Below are positions 49,418 to 55,159 of a stretch of DNA of 64,000 bases, one piece after another (the stretch's first letter is position 1; the number at the start of each line of letters is the position of its first letter). The stretch is taken from positions 1-64,000 of the IMG/VR virus record IMGVR_UViG_3300036715_002161; one strand, 5' to 3'. Origin of the DNA: a virus. The translations under genes were made by a program, and so were the position numbers. The notes under the pieces were generated by a model that did no database searches, was not told the DNA's origin, and saw only the letters and a program-made list of their open reading frames with translations.

Positions 49418-49600
49418 TCATTTCGGCTTAGTGGCGTCTCCGATGTTCTTCATCACACCTTTGAGTGCAGTAGCGGTATGAGGCTCATCCTTATCGGTGA
49501 GTGCTCCTCCCATTGTTATCACGTCAGCGACAATCGCAACAGGTGTTTCGACAACAACACCAATAACTGCCTTGGTCAAATTCTCAAGTAATCCAAACAT
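49418..49600 (-). CDS. Small hydrophobic protein, paralog of 50241..50435
   Basis: MFG.L.NLTKA....TPVA.V.D..T. Confidence 0.65.
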   Translation of the reverse strand: MFGLLENLTKAVIGVVVETPVAIVADVITMGGALTDKDEPHTATALKGVMKNIGDATKPK

Positions 49601-49674
49601 AGTCTATTCATCCTTTTAAAGTGCCTCACTTCAAGGGTAGGAGGCTAAACCATTTTCTCGGTATCTGGTGCATA

Positions 49675-49935
49675 TCACGGGTTAGGCCACTCTGCCACGG
49701 TGGTAACGTCCTTCGATGCTCCGCACCGTATGCACAAATAGCCTGTGGTAGCCCACTTCAACCCGTCGCTGTCTGGTTGCAGGTCTAACATTCCACATGT
49801 GACCGACCATCGGTGCAAACCAAGCCAACAAAGCATCGGCGTGTACCCAACTTTTGCCGCCAACGATTGCTTCTGGCCTAACCCTACATTCGAGAGGGAC
49901 GCTCCTTCAGCAGTTTCATTATTGTTTGAGTTCAT
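49675..49935 (-). CDS. Cassette protein starting inside an attC loop
   Basis: N-terminal SLSNVGLG is encoded by the attC arm; LCWLGLHRW..CIRCG. Confidence 0.6.
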   Translation of the reverse strand: MNSNNNETAEGASLSNVGLGQKQSLAAKVGYTPMLCWLGLHRWSVTCGMLDLQPDSDGLKWATTGYLCIRCGASKDVTTVAEWPNP

Positions 49936-49964
49936 CAGTCGCGCCCCTCAATTCAGCGTTAGCC
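49876..49964 (+). mobile_element. attC-like site, 89 bp
   Basis: GCCTAAC-CCTAC-ATT[C]GAGAGGG[A]CGC...GCGCCCCTCAAT-TCAGC-GTTAGCC. Confidence 0.9.
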
Positions 49965-50203
49965 ACCTCAAACTGAGATCCGTGGTAAACCTCTTTATTC
50001 GTGTAGTCTGAGATTTGCCACATTCCAGACCCTTCGTTAAACCACCACGCTAGATCTGGATAATTATCGTCCGGCTTGCTTAACTGGAATAGCGTCCCAC
50101 CTACTTTCCTTAGGTGCGTAGCTGCGGCACGTCTAGTGGCTAACACTTTGGTCAAGCGGGACTGGCCGTCAGCGGCTTCGGTTGTTTCTTGTGTTTCACT
50201 CAT
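49919..50203 (-). CDS. Cassette protein starting in one attC loop and stopping in the next
   Basis: N-terminal GQSRLTKVLA and C-terminal ANAELRGA are attC-encoded. Confidence 0.65.
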   Translation of the reverse strand: MSETQETTEAADGQSRLTKVLATRRAAATHLRKVGGTLFQLSKPDDNYPDLAWWFNEGSGMWQISDYTNKEVYHGSQFEVANAELRGATDELKQ

Positions 50204-50251
50204 TGCTTATCTCCTGTTGTTGCGGCCAGCCCCTTACCTTCTACGTTATGT
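50138..50251 (+). mobile_element. attC-like site, 114 bp
   Basis: GGCTAAC-ACTTT-GGT[C]AAGCGGG[A]CTGGCCG...CGGCCAGCCCCTTACC-TTCTAC-GTTATGT. Confidence 0.9.
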
Positions 50252-50435
50252 CACTATCTATGGCCTTGTTAACGCTCTTTCCAGCCGCATTAAGTAAGTC
50301 GCCAGTGCGTCCGAATGGGTGGTCATCCTCATGGTCAGCACTTGCGAATAATGTCAATATATCAACTACGAGTGCGACTGGTGTTAATGCCACGGCAACT
50401 GCTGCCTTTGTCAAATTTCTAAGTATTCCAAACAT
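50241..50435 (-). CDS. Small hydrophobic cassette protein
   Basis: Paralog of 49418..49600; stop lies within an attC. Confidence 0.65.
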   Translation of the reverse strand: MFGILRNLTKAAVAVALTPVALVVDILTLFASADHEDDHPFGRTGDLLNAAGKSVNKAIDSDIT

Positions 50436-50454
50436 TTTTCTCTTTCAAAGTTAT

Positions 50455-50472
50455 ACCTAACCCGCGTTAGGT
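50455..50472 (+). mobile_element. Collapsed attC (R''-R' only)
   Basis: Perfect inverted repeat ACCTAAC-CCGC-GTTAGGT. Confidence 0.6.
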
Positions 50473-50921
50473 GCTTCCAAATGCTGAAGCTCCAGATAAA
50501 AACGGTGATACTCGGCAATCCGCTCGACGTCCTTCGGGCGCACGCCCTTTAGTCGGCGAATGTCGCTGTTGTGGCGCAGGTCTGCCATCTTCACCATCAC
50601 TGCGTCAGGATTTGCTTTTACTCGTGCCTTGTAGTCGTCGTATGCCTCGCCATCAACCTTGGTGAGCGCCACGATGCCGGCAATTACGCGCTCGGAAAAA
50701 CCGTTGTAGCGCAGCGTTCCGACGCCATCCTCTACACGCTTAAATGTGTCTTCCACAAGGTCGTGCCCAAGGGCAATACACATCAGTTCCTCGTCGTCGG
50801 TCTTCAAGTAATGCATCACCTTCAGCGGGTGCAGGATGTACGGGTTTCCACCCTTGTCAAACTGGCCGTCATGTCGGTTTGTCGCCAGCACAAGCATTCT
50901 GGAAAGCTGCTCGCCTTTCAT
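50457..50921 (-). CDS. HD-domain protein, small alarmone hydrolase (RelA/SpoT HD)-like
   Basis: H.GQ.DK.G.PYILHP, GHDLVED, ALTK, VKMADLRHN. Confidence 0.85.
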   Translation of the reverse strand: MKGEQLSRMLVLATNRHDGQFDKGGNPYILHPLKVMHYLKTDDEELMCIALGHDLVEDTFKRVEDGVGTLRYNGFSERVIAGIVALTKVDGEAYDDYKARVKANPDAVMVKMADLRHNSDIRRLKGVRPKDVERIAEYHRFYLELQHLEAPNAG

Positions 50922-50953
50922 TTGTCGCCACCTTTCTCTGTAGTTGCCGCCGC

Positions 50954-51005
50954 ACCTAACAAGTCGTTGCAGGCGGCGGCCAGCCCTTTACCCCCTACGT
51001 TAGCG
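50954..51005 (+). mobile_element. attC-like site, 52 bp, apparently hybrid
   Basis: ACCTAAC-AAGTC-GTTGCAG...; right arm CGGCCAGCCCTTTACCCCCTAC-GTTAGCG resembles the site at 50138. Confidence 0.75.
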
Positions 51006-51338
51006 TCCATCATCTTCACGCATGATGTCGCCGTTGAGTTCGATCCGTTTACGGTCAAGCTGGCGGACTGTTTCGATCACATCGCTTGCCCAAAAAACCT
51101 CGGCCTGGGTGTACTTAGTGCCATATTCTCTGTTTATAATCTGAGCCTTGTACTCGGCAGCAAACCAAGACCGCCCAGCAAAGGTATATGCCACGGCAGC
51201 CAACCCGGCGGTAATCGCCAAAAGGAATCCGAGCACCCCAGCCATAGTGCCTATGCCGTCATAGGTTTCTCTGCTGTACCACATCAGTGCTACTGCAATA
51301 ACGCTAGCTGCAATAATTGCTACAAGTATTAAAATCAT
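51000..51338 (-). CDS. Two-TM membrane cassette protein
   Basis: AAGGAG RBS; stop lies in attC R'. Confidence 0.65.
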   Translation of the reverse strand: MILILVAIIAASVIAVALMWYSRETYDGIGTMAGVLGFLLAITAGLAAVAYTFAGRSWFAAEYKAQIINREYGTKYTQAEVFWASDVIETVRQLDRKRIELNGDIMREDDGR

Positions 51339-51359
51339 CTTTATCTCCTTCAAAGTTAT

Positions 51360-51422
51360 GCCTAACCCTACGTTAAACCCGGACTCCGCAAAAGCGCGTA
51401 TCCGATTAACTCTACGTTATGC
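51360..51422 (+). mobile_element. attC-like site, 63 bp
   Basis: GCCTAAC-CCTAC-GTTAAACCCGGA...TCCGATTAAC-TCTAC-GTTATGC. Confidence 0.85.
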
Positions 51423-51626
51423 GTCACTTGGTGTATAATCTGCGTTAGGCGCCTTCCAGTTTTCATAATTAGCTCTTATGCGGTTGCATCGGTGACAATC
51501 GCACATAGCATCGTATGACTCATAGTTGCTAGTTGCTTTCAGGTAGGATATCCACTCGTGAACGGCAGCTAACCCGGCGTTCGAGCGCACGGGCAACGGC
51601 GCGGCTTCTTTTTCAGCTTCGTTCAT
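51417..51626 (-). CDS. Cassette protein starting inside an attC loop
   Basis: LPVRSNAGLA is attC-encoded; CDCHRC. Confidence 0.6.
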   Translation of the reverse strand: MNEAEKEAAPLPVRSNAGLAAVHEWISYLKATSNYESYDAMCDCHRCNRIRANYENWKAPNADYTPSDA

Positions 51627-51671
51627 GGTTTCTCCTCGCGCCGTTCCCCGGCGCTCAACTTTGCGTTAGGC
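51567..51671 (+). mobile_element. attC-like site, 105 bp (clearest example)
   Basis: AGCTAAC-CCGGC-GTT[C]GAGCGC[A]CGGG.AACGGCGCG...CGCGCCGTT.CCCGGCGCTCAAC-TTTGC-GTTAGGC. Confidence 0.93.
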
Positions 51672-52048
51672 ATCACCTCCCACCAAGTCTGTGGAGCGTA
51701 TCTTTCAAGCGGGGAATCGAAGTCCCCCAAGTACAATTTGCCATCGTCGCCCTGCAAAACAGTGTGGTATTGGTCACGGTCATGTGAATTAAACAATGTG
51801 TCCCCTGCCTTGATTTCAGTTCCGTTCTTGTCTTGCATTGCGTCACTTGGTGTAAAACAAGTTGAACATACGCAGCACACGCAACATTCAATATCTGGCC
51901 GCTCGTTATCCTCAAAGCTTTTAACGTCTTGCTCGGTATACCCTGCGTCTTTCCCGTTTTCTGCACCCCAATAACCGCTCCCTCCATAATTATGATTGAT
52001 GCTAAGGCGTCCAATTCTTGTGCTTTTACAGTTAGGGCAAATTTGCAT
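51623..52048 (-). CDS. Chimeric protein: Zn-ribbon module plus YopX-like DKNGTEIKAGD module
   Basis: First half is near-identical to 48066..48293; C-terminal PNAKLSAG is attC-encoded. Confidence 0.65.
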   Translation of the reverse strand: MQICPNCKSTRIGRLSINHNYGGSGYWGAENGKDAGYTEQDVKSFEDNERPDIECCVCCVCSTCFTPSDAMQDKNGTEIKAGDTLFNSHDRDQYHTVLQGDDGKLYLGDFDSPLERYAPQTWWEVMPNAKLSAGERREEKP

Positions 52049-52071
52049 AACTCTCTCCTATTTAACACCGT

Positions 52072-52099
52072 GCCTAACAAATCATTCCAGGCGTTATAC
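52072..52099 (+). mobile_element. Internally deleted attC-like site
   Basis: GCCTAAC-AAATC-ATTCCAGGC-GTTATAC. Confidence 0.6.
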
Positions 52100-52471
52100 C
52101 TTGCCCAAAATATGAGACAGTGCCCAGTATTCTGGGTTGAAAAACGCCGCCACAATCCCCTGCGCTGATCCAATCACTACCACCTGAGTGGTAATAAAAT
52201 AAACAGCTGTTGCAATCCATGCCAAAACTGCGCCTTCGTGTTCCCATTCAGCTTCTGGGTATTTATTATATTCAGTCTTAGCTGGTTTTGTGGTTTTATC
52301 TTTAACAAACCGCATCAAGACAATTGCCAATATCACCATCACGATGTCCGTAACTAAATCAATGCCACCACTTATAGGCGCTTGGTGCAGCAAAACATCC
52401 CACAAATGCTGTGCTGTTGTTCCAAGCTTCTCGGCCAGTTTCTCAATCAGCGCTGTTGTTTTATCGTCCAT
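52094..52471 (-). CDS. Conserved two-TM phage membrane protein
   Basis: IEKLAEKLGTTAQHLW..L..QA...FNPEYWAL; stop lies in R'. Confidence 0.75.
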   Translation of the reverse strand: MDDKTTALIEKLAEKLGTTAQHLWDVLLHQAPISGGIDLVTDIVMVILAIVLMRFVKDKTTKPAKTEYNKYPEAEWEHEGAVLAWIATAVYFITTQVVVIGSAQGIVAAFFNPEYWALSHILGKV

Positions 52472-52579
52472 CTTTATCTCCAGTTAAAAGGTATACAAAT
52501 CATTCTAGGTGACGGGCGAAAATCCGCCATCCTCTGAGTTAATGCTTGTTGCGTATCACGGATTAGCCTTTACAATTTT

Positions 52580-52786
52580 CTAGATTTCCCGCGCCGCATT
52601 AGCCCATGCTTCATCCTCAGTTCTGCCAAGTCCTAATAGTCTACGGGAGAATCTTTCTGGCCAATACCTCTCGTTAAGCCATTTTTTTTGGTCGGGGCTT
52701 ATGTACCATACACTCCATTCACCAGTGCTTTCATGCTCTATGCTGGCCTGAGGGTAGAGAATTAATACCTTGTCTTTACTATTCAC
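52580..52786 (-). CDS. Hypothetical protein
   Basis: MNSKDKVL..YP.A...G.TEDEAW.NA; ATGA coupling. Confidence 0.6.
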   Translation of the reverse strand: MNSKDKVLILYPQASIEHESTGEWSVWYISPDQKKWLNERYWPERFSRRLLGLGRTEDEAWANAAREI

Positions 52787-53139
52787 TCTCGTCTCCGGTA
52801 GGCCTGAATATCATCCCGCATGAATGCATTCTGTAATACATAAAAGAAAAACCGAGACACAATTCCCAACCCGATTAATGCTACCCAGCTTTTAACTTCA
52901 AGGCCAAACCCAAAAGTCCACGCGGCAACGGCAATCGCAAGATCAATCGTGTATGTAACCCACGCCCTGAAGAATCTAAACGTATTACTCGGGGCTGGCG
53001 CTGAACCCAGCATCTCACTTTTTAGTTCAACACCAAACCTGGCAATCATTCCTGCCTGCCGCTCATTAAATCCTGCCGTCCGTGCTTCGGCATAGGTCCC
53101 AAATTTCACTGCATTCTCCTTACTTATACCAAAAACCAA
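52783..53139 (-). CDS. Membrane protein (true start probably downstream of 53139)
   Basis: Two hydrophobic segments; the annotated start overlaps the promoter. Confidence 0.5.
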   Translation of the reverse strand: MVFGISKENAVKFGTYAEARTAGFNERQAGMIARFGVELKSEMLGSAPAPSNTFRFFRAWVTYTIDLAIAVAAWTFGFGLEVKSWVALIGLGIVSRFFFYVLQNAFMRDDIQAYRRRE

Positions 53140-53151
53140 GGTCTATGTTTA
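53123..53151 (-). promoter_or_regulatory. Early promoter driving the cassette region
   Basis: TAAACA-N17-TATAAG with an extended TG. Confidence 0.6.
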
Positions 53152-54120
53152 AAACTCTGGTAACTCTACTATTTCTGGGTTAAGTGCGTCCTTCAACTTA
53201 TCAAATAAGGGCTCTGCTCCCTGCGGATTCAATTGGTTAAACCACCCCAACCTTCCCGTTAGGTAGTTTTTAAACTCTCCAGAGGTCATACTATTCTTGA
53301 CCGCCTCAGGTTCAAGTCCATAAAGACTTACGTTGTGAACCATGGCCCGAAGCTTTTTACGCTCATGTCTGATCAGATTAGTTTTCTGATTTACTACTAC
53401 CCCACATACATAGTGTCGATTCTTTTTGGTCATAACCTTGGTTTTGGCATTATTAATCTTAAAGCCAAAAGTGGTCAAGGTCTGTTTAATAAAAGCCAAG
53501 ACCTCGCCTATTTCCATTCTCCCAGTGGAGGAAATAGTAATGTCATCGGCATAGATCGTCAAGGTAAGATCTCTTTCTCTACAGTACGATTCTAAGATGG
53601 GGCCAAAAGTCTTAGCTATTACCAGGTTACTAATCTTAGGGCTTGTAATGGCTCCTTGTGGGACAAAGAATTTATAAGTACAAAGTTCAGAAATCAGTCT
53701 TGCTGGTTTAGGACCAAATCCATCATCAGTAAAGATTTTCATCAAATGGTCTTGATGTATACTGGTAAAGAAGTCATTAAGATCGACGCTTACTACTACG
53801 CTTTTGCCCACATGACTCTGAGCCATCTTAGGTATAGATCTGGCCTTTTCAAAAGCATGAATATATCCAGGTATATCATAAGTACTCAAGACTCTGCTAA
53901 GTAGTCTATATTGAACTAATCTCATTTGCCCAGAAGGATTGTAGATATTCCTAAAGCCTCCAGATCTTTTAGGAATCCGAAAGAAGCTGTAATGTTCTAA
54001 TTTGTTCAGACCAAGCCAAGTCAGCCTCCGAGCATTCCCCACTTCCAATATCTGAGATAATTCCAGGTTTGTCTCTGGTCGCACGAACGGGGGTGGAGGT
54101 AACTGCATTTGATCCGACAT
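53149..54120 (-). CDS. Retron-type reverse transcriptase (323 aa from MSDQ)
   Basis: FRIPKRSGGFRNI, MAQSH (region X variant), DLNDFFTSI, PQGAITSPKISN, YADD, VCGVVVN (region Y variant); AGGA RBS before 54120. Confidence 0.92.
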   Translation of the reverse strand: MSDQMQLPPPPFVRPETNLELSQILEVGNARRLTWLGLNKLEHYSFFRIPKRSGGFRNIYNPSGQMRLVQYRLLSRVLSTYDIPGYIHAFEKARSIPKMAQSHVGKSVVVSVDLNDFFTSIHQDHLMKIFTDDGFGPKPARLISELCTYKFFVPQGAITSPKISNLVIAKTFGPILESYCRERDLTLTIYADDITISSTGRMEIGEVLAFIKQTLTTFGFKINNAKTKVMTKKNRHYVCGVVVNQKTNLIRHERKKLRAMVHNVSLYGLEPEAVKNSMTSGEFKNYLTGRLGWFNQLNPQGAEPLFDKLKDALNPEIVELPEF

Positions 54121-54377
54121 AAACTTTCCTTTTAAGTAATTGTAATCCAGAGGCTGGGTATAGTTTTTTGTTATAAGATAAAAAACCATTTTTAAGAACA
54201 GAGGGGGTCATATCTAAATGAACAAATAATCTAGACTCTACCCCTATAACTACTCGGAAATAATCCCAGGCCTCATCCTGCTGATTAAAAATGGCGAAAG
54301 TATTCTTTTTGTATACAAGATCTGGGCTTTGACCTTTATATCCTTTCGGATGGATGGCCGTTTCAACCGTCATAAGA
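54121..54377 (-). ncRNA. Candidate msr/msd-like structured RNA upstream of the RT
   Basis: 10-bp inverted repeat 54186-54195/54285-54294 encloses hairpin 54204-54244; ATCC-GAAA-GGAT hairpin at 54340-54351. Confidence 0.45.
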
Positions 54378-54920
54378 CTATCCTCTAAGTTTATATATTG
54401 ATATTAAATTCTCTGCCTGGGCACGAGCATCTGACCCGGCATGATGGGCTAACATTGGTCTTGTATGTATCCAACCTCTGGCCAGGTTGGAATCTTTAAA
54501 CTCAGCCAAGACCGTGCGATAGCATCTGTTGTTTCTAAAAGACCAAGGTACAGAGTAATTAATACTAGTGTAGGCATTGGCCAAAATTACATTATCAAAA
54601 TCAGACCCATTACCCCAAACTTTAATCTCTGAGCTGGAGCTATAAGAGAAGAAAAACTCAGAGAAATCGGCCAAGGCATCAGGCAGGCTTACTCCATGCT
54701 TGAATTCCGCCCTAGCGGCATCGGACTGTTCTAACCACCAAAGAACAGTGTCTGCATCCATTGTTCCACCACACTCTACGGAACTAATCAGGCTAACCTT
54801 CCTATAAAAATCCATTCCTATGGTAAAATTCTTCAGGTCTACCTCTATTGCTCCGATTGCAGTGATTGCAGCATTCGGGCCAGTGCCCATTGTTTCTAAG
54901 TCTAGTACTAGGTTTTTCAT
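54378..54920 (-). CDS. DEDDh 3'-5' exonuclease (exonuclease VIII/RNase AS-like)
   Basis: LDLETMG, WGNGSDFDNVIL, RCYRT, HHAGSDA. Confidence 0.88.
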   Translation of the reverse strand: MKNLVLDLETMGTGPNAAITAIGAIEVDLKNFTIGMDFYRKVSLISSVECGGTMDADTVLWWLEQSDAARAEFKHGVSLPDALADFSEFFFSYSSSSEIKVWGNGSDFDNVILANAYTSINYSVPWSFRNNRCYRTVLAEFKDSNLARGWIHTRPMLAHHAGSDARAQAENLISIYKLRG

Positions 54921-55051
54921 ACTGCTACCTTACGGTCTTCAAAAAGCTTTTCTAAGAGGCCAGCACCAAATGTACAGATTTGAGCTATTAGAGAAGCTAT
55001 TTGAATGATTACTTTGAAAGATGAATAAACTGACTGTAAAAAGACCCACAT
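54917..55051 (-). CDS. 44-aa hydrophobic peptide (not in the ORF track)
   Basis: MWVFLQSVYSSFKVIIQIASLIAQICTFGAGLLEKLFEDRKVAV; AAGGA RBS; ATGA overlap with the exonuclease. Confidence 0.5.
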   Translation of the reverse strand: MWVFLQSVYSSFKVIIQIASLIAQICTFGAGLLEKLFEDRKVAV

Positions 55052-55115
55052 ATAATATTCCTTAGAGTTGAAAAAAAAGAGGTACGAGTTTGGCTAGCAT
55101 AACGTCCTCAAAATG

Positions 55116-55143
55116 CTTATACCAAAAAAACTTGAAATGTCTA
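55116..55143 (-). promoter_or_regulatory. Early promoter of the exonuclease-RT operon
   Basis: TAGACA-N16-TATAAG with an extended TG. Confidence 0.65.
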
Positions 55144-55159
55144 GGTACCCCTTTTTAGG

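Noticed and set aside
43548-49651. Element B as IS200/IS605 ends or REP elements
   Set aside because: The resemblance is only loose (GTYAAC plus hairpin), no TnpA/TnpB/RAYT gene is present, and the copies are unpaired and all co-oriented.
50571-51332. Long + strand ORF (253 aa) and other + strand ORFs in 37-54 kb as the true cassette genes
   Set aside because: They are shadows of - strand genes that have recognisable families, RBSs and coupled starts/stops, and this one crosses an attC site.
53149-54120. RT as part of a diversity-generating retroelement
   Set aside because: Motifs are retron-type (PQGAITSP, YADD), there is no Avd-like gene, and the paralog pairs do not visibly differ only at adenines.
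53969-54373. 134-aa ORF upstream of the RT as a definite gene
   Set aside because: It overlaps the RT by about 150 nt, has no recognisable motif and coincides with the structured region. It does have a GAGGA RBS, so it is unresolved rather than excluded.
53149-54377. Group IIC-attC intron
   Set aside because: The RT is short, lacks a recognisable maturase domain, is not inserted in an attC, and no domain V/VI is evident after its stop.
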